Source of the DNA: Ginglymostoma cirratum
Lineage: Eukaryota
Direction: 5' to 3'
Assembly: GCA_024137785.1 (NCBI GenBank)
Contig: JAHRHZ010000035.1
Location: 17,709,743-17,773,742 of the forward strand
Length of the DNA: 64,000 nt
Position 1 is the first letter of the stretch. Every line of letters begins with the position of its first letter. Shown here one piece after another: positions 1-11,355 of this stretch. The notes below the pieces were generated by a model. The model ran no database searches. It was not told where the DNA came from and was given only the letters and a program-made list of their open reading frames with translations. The translations under genes were made by a program, and so were the position numbers.

Positions 1-83
1 GTTTCGGGCCTAAACGAAGGGTTTAGGCCCGAAACGTCAAGTTTTCCTGCTCCTATGATGCTGCTTGACCTGCTGTGTTCATT
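1..83. mobile_element. Centre and right arm of a palindromic Penelope-derived non-autonomous element (cut by window edge)
   Basis: Perfect inverted repeat gtttcgggcctaaac (1-15) / gtttaggcccgaaac (21-35), followed by the family tail gaaacgtc...tcctgctcct.tgatgctgc.tgacctgctgtg, also seen at ~23083-23150 and ~56400-56465. Confidence 0.75.
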
Positions 84-118
84 ACTGTGGTAAGTTAGCT
101 GTCAACAGATATTGTAAC

Positions 119-749
119 CAGGATTTTACAGGGCAGCAGTCACACTGTCTACTGGCAAGAAAATTGGCAACAACCTCACCCTGGACAGCAAATGGGAGAT
201 CCAATCTGAATTTTAAGTGCAGCAAGTAATTAACTGCCGGCTGTCAGAGCACCCATCCCCTTAAGGGGGTGATCCCGATCCTAACAGGGGCTGGCCATCA
301 CACAGCCAGAAACTCTTCAATCTTAGCAATACCATTTGAAGGAATGGCTGTTCCTGCGACCGGAACTAGGAAGATCTAGCACTGATGGATGAGGTCCTGG
401 TACTAGTCATTGATGAGGGCAAGGAATATGATTGATCAACAGGTCTTGTCCCTAGGGAAGGTCACCTCTGTTGGCCTTAGGATGCTTGAGCACCATGCTC
501 CCACCGGTAGTCTGCAAGAGGGTTTATCAGGAGGTCAGCCAAGTGGTGGAGGACACTCCCTTTCCACCACTGGGTAAATACCTGCAATGGTAGGAAAACA
601 ACCTTAAGTCTCCTTCAGTTGGCCATTAAGGGGACATAACTGGTCTCTAGACAATGGGGCCATCTGCCACCTCTCCCACTTCTGACATCCCAATATTCTG
701 TCCACACCCCTGCCTCTCAGCATGCTACCTGCGGTTCTGTAAAATCCAG
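119..749. mobile_element. MITE-like non-autonomous DNA transposon (probably PIF/Harbinger-type)
   Basis: Terminal inverted repeats ggattttacag (121-131) / ctgtaaaatcc (737-747) bound a GC-richer block of ~630 bp. Confidence 0.6.
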
Positions 750-2221
750 TTCAATGTTCTATTGTTCAACAATGAGATCGGTCAGATAAACTAAATTGCT
801 TATTCAAAATATGAACATTCTACCAGGTCTAATAATAAAACATGATGGATAATCAACCATGCTTCAAATTCTGATTCTGTGTTGACAATAAATAGAGCAG
901 TGTTGAATAAATATTGGCATAAGAGGACAAGAAGTAAAATAGCATGAAACTTTTGTGCATAAGTATAAGACATACCATTGACTGGCACGTATTTCTTCAT
1001 TAAGTATGAAAATGGATGTTCGCACTTACACAGCAGTGATCCATGCATAAAAGGTCCAATATGCTCAAAAAACAGTAGCTGGGGCAAGTTTACTTTTCAA
1101 TATAACCCATCTTAATCCATTCAGAAATACACAAATTAAAGATCTGGTCTCCATGAAGAGAAAAACCATTCGTAAAATTCAAGCAAAATCCACAAGAATT
1201 ACCTTGTTTTCTCTGCTGCAACTGAAAGCTAGATTGCAATGTGAAGGCACACTCTGAAAAAATGCAGTCGGAGTATACCCAAATTCAAGAGTTGCAGGTA
1301 TGGCCAGTTATGTGGCAATGAGTTCAGTCCAGTGGAAGATTCAATGGCCAGAGAACACCAACGAAATTTGACATATTGTTGCCATGTGAGTCACTTGCAC
1401 ACAATATTTTCAATCTTCTTCAACCATGTTTATTGATTTGTGTCCAGATTGCATGTTTTCCTGGGTACAGATGTGCAGGAAACACCAGGCCCTTAAATCT
1501 ACATTTATAATAAAAACATATCTAAGTAAATATATAGTGCTATAAAGAACACCTACATTTCAGTAGATGGGCTACAGCACCATCACTGGTAAGAGTGTGC
1601 AATTACAGGCCAGCATATTTACGCAGGCGATTGCCAGTCTAAATGTGGACAAAAGAATTTCTAGTGCAATTATATAGAACGAACGTTTTTAAAATGAGGA
1701 TTGATTTATGTTTGTGTTCTCCAGTCAATCTCTCACCTAATCCCATTTCACCAGAAGGCTACGCTTGTTCTTGACTCTCTCTTGTGAAATACCGCAGAAA
1801 CATGACAATACATATTTTATATATAGTTGTTCATGTGCATTTGAATTAAAACAATCCTGGTCTCCAGTTACTTGAATATTCTGACATTTTGCCCACATAT
1901 TAAAGTTAATGTTGATTTTGCAAAGTAATTCTATTCCAAATCTTGCAACTTAATTTTTGTTGATATGTCATCCTTTAATAAAAGAAAGTTTCTGTACCAG
2001 AAAACTTCTTATGTATGAATGAAGATAGCTTTACTGATTTAATGTACATTTTATTTGATGTCAAATATACTGATTGTACATGTTTGTTTTCATGTTCGAC
2101 TTTGGAACAGCAGCAGTCATATCCCCCAAAACCAGTGTGAAGGCTAAAAGGAATGATTAAGTACACTAATGGATTCTAGCTCTCTCATTTTATCAGACAT
2201 ATTGTGGAATTATGTTCTCGT

Positions 2222-2300
2222 AAAGAAAGAATTTGCATTTACATAGAATGCTTCATTCCCTTGAGGCATCTCAAGGCATTTTACAGGCATTGAAATACGT
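2222..2300 (-). mobile_element. 3' tail fragment of a Deu-SINE/L2-type element
   Basis: aaagaaagaatttgcatttacatag...catctcaaggcattttacag resembles the reverse complement of the ...GCGCTATATAAATGCAAGTCTTTCTTT tail; similar to 9483 and 23980. Confidence 0.5.
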
Positions 2301-3777
2301 TTGTTGTTAAGTTGGTGAACTTTCTGTATCTCGCCAGTAGGTCAGCCATGTAGTCACGGAGCTTCAAACAGATTCGGCCAAATTTTCAACTGGATCTGGA
2401 AAGTGTTTTGACATGCAAACACCATACCTTGACTTTACTTTCAAAGAAATCCAATTTTCCCCTGCATTCATGACCCTGCACCATTTTCCTCTGCTCTTTC
2501 TGCGGACGGGGAATGCCTGGAATGCAAAATGCATACCCTTCCTCATTTTAAACAGGGGGGCAAACATTGGGTTTTGATCCACGCACCATTTTCAGCTGGC
2601 AGTGCTGGATTTCAGAAGCCCATTAAAAAGCACATCGGATTTGAGAACTTGTGAAGAAGATGGAATGCCCGCTGACGAGGGCTGGGCTGACCACAATGAC
2701 AAACTAGACAGTCACCCATGGCAGCACACCTTGAGGAGTGCCCATTTTGAATGCCAATTAAATAAAGGAAAATTCCCTCTAGTCTTCTCATTTTCTCTGT
2801 ATTGAATTTGGGAGGGAACTGGGGTATTTTGTGAGGAGTGGGAGTGGTTGCCAAAGTCATAATTAGCATAAGGCGCTAAAAGCCTTTGGGGCCAGCCTGC
2901 TGCTGAGGAAATATCCTGAAAGCCAGAAGTGAAGTCTTTTCACATCTTTGATGTATCTGTTAGATGTTGTATTATAGTGTAAGTGTTTTTTACTGCTGTG
3001 ATTTTGACATGGAAAGGTATGTTGAAAATTACATTGACCACGACCATGTAATTTTCATGTGCAATATCATGTTTTTCTAACGGAGAAAGTACCACAATAC
3101 ATTGAATATTATTTTTAAGAAGTATTCCACTGTCACATTTTTGTGCTCTAATGTAGTTGGACTGAAAGATATGATTCTGTTCGTGGAGCAGTAAGATTTT
3201 GCTCTGACATCTGTTCCATTATGAGTGCTTGGTTGGGTTTAAAAAGCTTGAACTGAGCAGGTCGTCCTAGTGATTCAAAAACTATTGAAATTAAGTCCAG
3301 AAATAATAGAATATATCTTTTATACAGTTACTAGTTTATTTATAAAGTTTTTTTAACCTTGGATTTTTGGTCCATTATCAGATATACTGAGATGTATTTA
3401 GGGTTTTCTTAGATTGCTACAGATGTAATGGTTTTCCAATGACTATAGTAAGTGTAATTGCTTTTGAGTGTTTCATAATAACTGTACATAGTGCAGCCTG
3501 GGTTACAGATATGGAGTATTGATTGGACCAAAACGAAAGTGTGGTGTGGCATCAGACAATATGAGGTAGCATGGAGTGGAAGGGGATGGCTGTGAGATGG
3601 ATAAAGGGTGAGGTTTAGGAGTCTCGAAACAGCATTGGAAGCCTGGCCATTGTATTGGAGAACCTAAAGTTATTCCGACTGGCCACTTCCTCATCGACAC
3701 GTCTCCCACTCTGTCACAGCTCGCAAAATGCACTACAAACCTGACCGTTGTGTGAAAAGATGACAAATTCTAATAAA

Positions 3778-4110
3778 GCTGCTGATGGCCTAGTGGCGTC
3801 ATCACTAGGCTATTAATCCAGAGACCCAGGTAATGTTCTGGGGACATGGGTTCATATCCTACCATTGCAGATGGTAGAATTTGAATTCAATAACAAAACA
3901 ATAAATTAAGAGAGTGATAATAACCAAGAAACCATTGTCAATTGTTGGATATCCATCTGGTTCACTAATGGTCTTTGGGAAAGGAACCTGCTGCCCTTAG
4001 ACAGTCTGGCTTACAAGTGATTCAGACCCATAGCAATATGATTGATTCTTAACTGACCTCTGGAAAATAAATGTTGACCTATCCAGCAGTGCTCACATCC
4101 CATGAATGAA
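3778..4110 (+). mobile_element. tRNA-derived SINE (shark family sharing a 3' tail with the CR1/L2-type LINE)
   Basis: A-box-like tggcctagtgg, B-box-like gggttcatatcc, body ctggttcactaatg..., tail cacatcccatgaatgaat; paralogues at 45822 and 57818. Confidence 0.8.
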
Positions 4111-5705
4111 TTTCGTAAAAGAAGATAAAATGGGCCTGGAGCACATTTTGCAATTTGGGTTTCCCTTAGGTGAGACAAACATTCGGCCCATTTTGTCTGT
4201 TCAGAATTTTTCAGTGTTTCAGATATAATAAACATCCTTTAAAGTGCAACAACTCTTATTTTCTGGACAAATGGGACAGTTTGTTTGCCTACAGCAATAT
4301 CCCAGAAACAACAACTTGGTGAAAGACTCATGGATTATTCCAATTGATTTATTTTTGTGTTTCTAGTCAAAATACTGTCAGTCAATGCAACTTCCTGATC
4401 TAATTTGTAGAGAGCTGTGAGATCATTATCGTTCGACTGCAGCATCAAAGTAGTCAAACAAGACTCTGCAGGATGCATTAGGTGGTTACTAAGCAATATC
4501 AATCAGGATAATCTCCAGGTTTTGTCATTAGTCTCACTTACAATGGTGATTGCTATTAGCAGTTGTTCTATCATAGCCTTGTGGTCCTCATTTTGAGTGT
4601 CCCATGCATTTTACCATTTGCAATAGTGTCAAGTTCAATTCCCTGCTCATTTGGATTGAGTGTTGTCTGTCCTAGACTAATTATCCTCCACCTCCTAATC
4701 CTATTTCATCAGAAGATTTTGGCCTTGAAATACTTCTATATTCTGATCACGATATATATGATGTTGTGCTTGGCCTGCTGTGTTCATCCAGCTCCATACC
4801 TTGTTATCTCGGATTCTCCAGCATCTGCAGTACCTATTATCTCTGACCATATTCTTAAGCAGGTTTACAAGGCAAAAATATTGCTTCTATTTAAATCAAG
4901 CATTTCTGTTGAAATATTCTGTTGAATACAAAAACATTCTTCTTATCCATTGGAGTTTCTTAACATGCTAATAGTGAAAGCTATGCTAACTTAAATTGCA
5001 GCAGATATCAGACATTTAATCAGGCTCTTCTGCAAATGGATTTTATAGGCTTACCAAGTGTTTTAGCACAAGCATATGTTCTCTAATGCACAGAAATATG
5101 GCCTTTCATTTCATAAGATTCAGATGGTGAAAAACTTTATGTACATTCGGCCAAGTCCTTTCAGAATAGCAGCTTATCCTTATCCCAGCATCTTGCTCTT
5201 TCTATAGCATTTAATTGTTTACTTGGTCAGAGTCAGGAACAAACTCACACCATCCAAGGATGCACAGACTCCACCTATTTACCTTCTAATGGTTTCATAT
5301 CCTCGATCTTTATTGAAGAGAATCTTAAATGGGGCAGAATCATATTTGGTTTAGAAAATTGCGCATGTGTTACACCCAGGGATAATTAAGTAAAAGAAAG
5401 TGTAATTGGATCTTCAGGTTAATTTACAGTGAGATTTAAAAGAATTGATTGTGCAGAATTCCCTACAAATAGTAGACTGTACCATGTGTATTGAGTATAT
5501 TGTATGCTCATGTGTTGTGGCTTTGGAGTACATCTATGGTGAAGACCTGTGTCTGTAACTATGATTGTTACAATGCCTTTGAAGAATTCCTTCACCTTTC
5601 TTCAATTTTCATCGTCTCGTAATCCAAAACTGGTTTACTTCTGTATACCACTTAAAATGCACCTGAAAATGTTAATCAATAGATTAACCAGTTTACTAAA
5701 ATGAG

Positions 5706-5910
5706 AACAAAAGCGAAATGCAGTGGATGCTGGAGATCTGAAATAATCAGGAAATGCTCGAGAAATTTAGCATGTCTGGCAGTCGCTGTACAGAGAGAGA
5801 GAGAGCTAATGTTTTGAGTGCAATGTGACAGCTCTGGTGGAGTATCAGGTTAGACAAATTAGATTTAAAACAGCTGCTGCCAGACCTGCACAATTTCTCT
5901 AGCACTTTCT
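5706..5910. mobile_element. Degenerate inverted Penelope-derived element
   Basis: Left arm ggaaatgctcgagaaatttagcatgtctggcag is inversely complementary to right arm ctgccagacctgcacaatttctctagcactttc. Confidence 0.6.
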
Positions 5911-6175
5911 GAGTTTAGTTAGAAGATGACACCAAATGCTGAAACAAAGATTTTGAAATAGATCAATCATGTTCTGAGCTCTGTAAGGAAGTTTTCTGCA
6001 GCTTGGCACTGTTTGGGGAACAAAGAATGGATTAAAATGACAGAATAGAATACATAGCTCAGTAAAACCAGCCATTTCTGGATTAATCAGGAAATACAAA
6101 GCTGGGTACCAATTCTTCAGACAAACACTGCAAGAAAAAGATAGGTGCTACAAGATACACACAGGACCAAAATAT

Positions 6176-6460
6176 TTTTACTCATTAATGGGATTTTTGC
6201 ATCGCTTGCAAGGCCAACATTTATTGTCCATCCCTAACTCTCCTTCAGATGTAGTAGTGAGCCAGCTTCATGAACAGATGTAGTCTGTGTGGAAAAGGGA
6301 CACATCCATTGCTATTAGGAGGTGGTTCCCAGATCTTGATGCAACAACAAGATGAGGAGCATTGGTAAATTGTCAAGTTAGGACGGGGTGTGACTTTGAG
6401 GGGAACTTGCAGCTCAATATTTCCATGCTCCTGCAGACCTTTGTTTTTCAGTCGATAAAA
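6176..6460 (-). mobile_element. 3' end of CR1/L2-type LINE
   Basis: catttattgtccatccctaactctccttcagatgtagtagtgagcc... is collinear with the 3' end of the RT-bearing LINE at 49235-50355. Confidence 0.7.
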
Positions 6461-6532
6461 AATCTCACAGGTTTGAGTTGCTGTGCACATTGGGTGTCAA
6501 TGTTTAAGGTAGTGAATGATCTACAGTCGCCA

Positions 6533-7867
6533 GAGACAGAATTTTCCCAGCCTCTAAACAACCTGGGTGATGGCAAGAGAGTTAGGAAAACACAGCGAGA
6601 ATGGAAAAAATGAGATTGCTGAGATAAAGAAAATATATCAGAATGTCTGCATGAGCTTTTAACAGTTAGTTGAGAATCTCACTAGTGAGTGCAAAGGGCC
6701 TATTTGCATGTACCAACATCTCATTATTAACAAAACTTGCCTCATTTACATGCAGCTTGCTGTTTTTCCCAAATCATGAGCATCTTCACCAAGCTTCAAT
6801 CTTGGACAGTATTCCCCAAAACCTCAGGGCACACTCCACGGGTAGTGACTACCTTCATCCCCAACAACAGAGGCTGGCATCGGCAAAACACCAGCCTCAC
6901 CACATCATCAGGGAACAACTTGATTGCACTTGTAACACAGATGAGCACTTCAATTCCACATTTTGCAGCTCACATTGCAATGCTGCAGCCAGATTTCACT
7001 GTACACAAGGACAGCATATTATTATCTTATTATCATTATTATTACATATTATCTCCTGCATTGGATCAGAGTGTGTCACAGGACTCTTAGCTTGCTTTCT
7101 TAGTCTGCTTTCACTTCTACTTGAATACTTGCAGTATTCCTGCCTTGCCTTGTCTTATCGTACTGTGCCATTTCATCCAGAACTTACAGGCTCACCACTC
7201 CATTTACTTGCATCTCCAGGGCCCTGTCCATGAACCAGGATGCCAATCTGCCAGTGCTGGCCATACCCCTTGGAAATTTTCACATACTGGAACTTTGCAG
7301 GGCAAGGGTGGCATGGTGGCTCAGTGGTTAGCACCGCTGCCTCACAGCGCCAGGGGCCTGGGTTCGATTCCACCCTCAGGCGACTGTCTGTGTGGAGTTT
7401 GCACCTTCTCCCCGTGTCTGCGTGGGTTTCGTTTGGGTGCTCCGGTTTCCTCCCACAGTCCAAAGATGTGCAGGCTAGGTGGATTGGCCATGCTAAATTG
7501 CCCGTAGTGTTCAGGGATGTGTAGATTAGATGGGTTATGGGGGATGGGTCTGGGTGGGATGCTCTTTGTGTCAGTGTGGACTTGTTGGGCTGAAGGGCCT
7601 GTTTCCACACTGTGGGGATTCTATGAAATTCCTGGTTTGCGGCAATGGCAACAGTGAGTAGCTGGGTTTAAATATGGTGCCAGTGGCATGGACACCAGAG
7701 GGTGGTAGTGAGCACAGGATAATGCAAGAACAAGGCAATGGAGGCCTGGTACATATGAGATGAGCAATGCAAGATTGCATGAGTAAGTCACTACGGCTCG
7801 TGGAGAGAAAGCCTCCACTAAACGCACCAAAATTGACACTTGATCAAATATTTGGAAAATACAGACC
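6533..7867. mobile_element. Non-autonomous Harbinger-derived element, interrupted by an HE1 SINE
   Basis: Degenerate TIRs (gagacagaattttc / gaaaatacagacc); subterminal motif gagaatctcactagt...cctatttgcat...ctcatttacatgcag shared with ~28517 and ~37118 and partly with ~17920; tttaaatatgg motif shared with ~38312. Confidence 0.55.
7306..7626 (+). mobile_element. HE1 SINE (V-SINE), full length
   Basis: tRNA head ggtggctcagtggttagcac...gggttcgattcc, V-domain tgtgtggagtttgcac...ggtttcctcccacagtccaaagatgtgc, CR1-type tail ...gggcctgtttccacactgt...ttctatga. Confidence 0.93.
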
Positions 7868-8036
7868 AAGAGTTGAAGATTAACCTCCAGGTTACTGACG
7901 TGAGCAACTCAAAGACAACCCGTCAAGAATTAACTTATAATGAAAGCTTTCACATTTTCTTTGAATACTTTATCAATAATTACAAAAATTTAGAGATGGG
8001 AAGAAAATCTATTTGACTGACAGCCAAGAAACACCA

Positions 8037-8262
8037 GTTCGGAGGGAGATAGGTTGGATTTGGTGTGGGGGGCAGAGAAATTAAGTTGACCAACATCACA
8101 TCAACAGTTCTCAATGAAGAGATCGAGTGCAGGTAAAAGGTCAGAGGGAGGGGTCCAGGTAAAGGGAAAGTGTTGGAACTGGGCGAAGGGGTCTGTGGGA
8201 CAGGGAGAAGACTCTTGTCTAAAGAAATGTGCACTGAGGCGAAGACGGCAGAGGAAGAGTTC
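8037..8262 (-). pseudogene. Penelope-like ORF fragment (region N-terminal to the RT domain)
   Basis: Translates ELFLCRLRLSAHFFRQESSPCPTDPFAQFQHFPFTWTPPSDLLPALDLFIENC*CDVGQLNFSAPHTKSNLSPSE, resembling the RRLRL..HF / WTPP / LDLFI / NLS.E motifs of Penelope ORFs; one internal stop. Confidence 0.75.
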
Positions 8263-8359
8263 TGAGGAAGGGTCACCAGACCCAAAACGTTACCTCTAAC
8301 TCTTTTCTTACAGATTCTGCCAGACGGGCTGAGCTTTTCCAGCGACTTCTATTTTTGTT
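8037..8359. mobile_element. Truncated, internally inverted Penelope-like retroelement insertion with 12-bp TSD
   Basis: TSD caagaaacacca at 8025-8036 and 8360-8371; minus-strand ORF fragment joined to a plus-strand hammerhead-like tail. Confidence 0.8.
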
Positions 8360-8598
8360 CAAGAAACACCAATTGGAGATTGAAGGATCTCTGTGCTTTT
8401 AAATCAGCTGGTACAGAGTAGAGCTATAACAACGGATATGTTGGCTGACCAATGAAAGTAGAGTGGGAGTGTGGGGGCAGAGAAGTTGGCGGTCAGAGGT
8501 TATGTGTTGAATCTTCAGGAATTGTGGGAATAGGGAAGTGCACTGAAGTAGGGTGAGGGTTGGAGTGCCTGGGCTGTGGAACTGTGCTTTTACACAGC

Positions 8599-8701
8599 AA
8601 ATCAGTTCTGAAGAATGGCCACTGGACCAGAAAGATTAACTCTGTTTCTCTCTCCACAGATGCCGCCAGAGCTGTCGAGTTTCTCCAGCAATTTCTGATT
8701 T
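8599..8701 (+). mobile_element. Short Penelope-derived tail element with decayed hammerhead core
   Basis: ctgaaga-atggcc-actg-gacca-gaaa at 8608; TSD tgtgcttttaca(c/t)agc at 8583-8598 and 8702-8717. Confidence 0.8.
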
Positions 8702-9482
8702 TGTGCTTTTACATAGCTCTCTCCAACCTTTGTCAGCAATGTCACTAGAAGCACTCCAATTGTCACATACTTCAAATTCAAGACTGGTTTCAGTATCCCT
8801 CTCCCACAATGAAATAATGTGCAGCTATGTGCAGGCGACAGCTTTCTGCTGACCAAAGTAAATTCTTATAAGGTTGCCTTACCAGTTAAACCAATCCTTT
8901 TGAAGTGTCTGAAAGTGTGATACTATAAACATCAAAATTATTTCTAGTTAAAGTTTTAATGCTCAGTTTGTTGAACAGAAGGTTGTGTTGTGTAAGTCAA
9001 TGCTTATGAATGGATGAACATTCATGTTACATTGGTTCCACCCATTCCACTGATGCCACATACAGACTGTAGGTGAGGAAAAGGACTTTTACTCCGCTTT
9101 CTGTGGGAGCAGATGTACTTAAGCCAGTTCCCTAAGATCCAATAATTATGCCTGGCCACCTTTAGTTGTGCTTATTGCTATTATGTAATAAACCTTCTTA
9201 CAAACAAGAACAACGTCTCTTTTGTTGATACTCTACAGTGATGTAGATCGGCCCAAGACAAAGAAAGGTTGTTAACAGAGGACTGCCTTCTACAATGGCA
9301 AATACCACAAAGAGCCAGCAGTGGTCATTCGTAAGTTCACAATTCTTCAGTGTGAAAATAAGGTAGAAAGCATTGACCGAGGTCATTCCCGCCTCCTAAT
9401 ATTTGATTACAGAACAGCAGTGTCAGAGGCTATGGCACAGGACACTTGCCTGCTTTCTCTATATGAGAAAATGGCACATAAC

Positions 9483-9880
9483 AAAAGACTTATATTTATA
9501 TAGCATCTTTCACAACTTCAGGATAGCAAAAAGAACTTTACAGTCAACAAAGTACTTTGGAAGTGTAGTAAATTCAATAGGCAATTTGTATACGGTGAGC
9601 TGCCACAAACAACAATGTGATAATGACTAGATAGTCCACTTTATTTCAAATTATAATGGTTAAAGATTCAGATTAATTCCCTTACTCTTCTTCAAAATAG
9701 TACCAATGAGAGCAGGGCCTTGTTTTAACATTTCATTCAAAAGACAGCACCTCCATTAGTACAGCCCTATAACTACTGCACTGGAGTGTTAGCCAAGTTT
9801 TTGTGCTCAAGTCACTGGAGTGAGACATGTATCCATAACCTTTGGCTCAGAGCTGAGAGTACAAATTAATCCATGGCTGG
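9483..9880 (-). mobile_element. Deu-domain SINE (SacSINE1/AmnSINE1-like)
   Basis: Reverse complement shows a tRNA-like head, Deu-like core (gtgctgtcttttgaatgaaatgttaaa...ctattttgaagaagag...ttatcacattgttgtttgtgg) and tail ending gctatataaatataagtcttt. Confidence 0.8.
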
Positions 9881-11256
9881 TGTATAACAGAAGTTTAAAA
9901 GCAACAATATGTTGACCTGGTCACTTCAGTTTGAATGCGCTGTCATTCAAGTCTAATACGGTACCAAAGTCTAACAATAACATAATCTGGTTCCCTATGT
10001 GTCTAACAAATCTTTCTGGAAAAGTTTGTACTGAATGACGTTGGTGAATATGTGTAGGCAATTATATGTGTGACTGAGGAAACACCTTTAAAATGGAGTT
10101 ACAATAATCAATAATTTAAGAAGGAAACGTTCCCTTTAAATAATTTTCCATTGTTCATGACAAGTCTGGACAGTTGAAAGACAAAATAAGAAAACTGGTA
10201 TATTCAATTTTTAATCAAAATGAATAGCATTCTCAAATTACGAGAAAATATATTTTCAGATACATCAAAATGTGTGATTAACTGTCTACTCACTCTGCTC
10301 AGCTCCTAGAGCACATGCAATTGCTGAAGTAAATAAGTGAGGTAACTGTAATAGCTTAAACTCCAAATGTATGGCACAGTGCTGCAAGGAAGACTTTAGA
10401 TTCAGCTGTGAAGGATTAGGCACTGTTCAGTCTTGTTGGGGATTTTCAAGGTTATCTGGAAGAACTGAATGCCTGTAAAACATCTTATCCTTTTGAGACC
10501 AGTATTAGTTATTTCTAAAACTGAATATATATTTTCAGCAGGATAACATGACAGCCAGTGCTTGGAAATGTTGGTCAGAAGCTCCATGCTTGCCACTTAT
10601 TTCACCTTACTTCCTCCTGTTCTAAGCTCCACTGCATCTCAGTAAATAGCTCAGGACAAACCAGAATTTTGTACAAGATTAGCATTGTACATGATCTCAA
10701 GCTGACCTTATAGTTCTATATTCTTTCCATCACAAAGAACAGCTACTTTGACATCTATAATGTTGTCCAGCTCCATCTATCTTGGTTACCAATATCTGCT
10801 AACATCTGCATCTGCACCACTTCCACAACTAGACTCAGCTATACTGTGTTCTCCCACTCAGCTTCCCACCTTCCTACGTACTTCAATTTCTCCAATGCTG
10901 TGACTGCAATATGTCATGTGATGTCATGTGCACATACCTTTCAGTGACTTATCTTAAACAACTGTCAATCAACATTATGTAATGTATTTGCCAAATCATT
11001 AGGCTCAGTCAGAAGCTGCAGTAGATGAGGTCAGATGTGTGCTCCACAATCACCTGCTGAACATTACCTGTATTTAGTCTTAATTTCAAATAAACAATAC
11101 ACAATATTGTTTCACCAATCCTTGTTTGTGATCGGTATGTTTACCTCTAAAAGAGAGATATAACATCATGCTTTAAGTCCAAACCAGCCATTACCATGGT
11201 CCTCAATGGCCTATATTAGGTTGCAATAATGCCTCAAGCTTAAGATTCCCACCTCT

Positions 11257-11355
11257 GTTCTGAGGAAAGGTCACTGGACCTGAAACATTAACTCTGCTTG
11301 TCTCCACAGATGCTGCCAGACCTGCTGAGCTTTTCTAACAATTTCTGTTTTTGTT
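11257..11355 (+). mobile_element. Short Penelope-derived tail element with near-intact minimal hammerhead core
   Basis: ctgagga (11260) - aaggtc/actg/gacct - gaaa (11282) - catta; imperfect TSD agattcccacctc / agatccacctc. Confidence 0.8.

Noticed and set aside
1203-1253. 51-nt minus-strand segment flanked by ttttttcag and gtaatt
   Set aside because: Splice-like flanks, but no recognisable peptide in any frame and no supporting neighbours
7306-7380. tRNA-like sequence (also at ~3778, ~33923, ~42915, ~61625, ~61750)
   Set aside because: SINE heads with A/B boxes but no complete cloverleaf; not tRNA genes
6670-7610. Overlapping 88-187 aa ORFs
   Set aside because: All lie in a decayed DNA-transposon remnant and the HE1 SINE; typical spurious SINE translations
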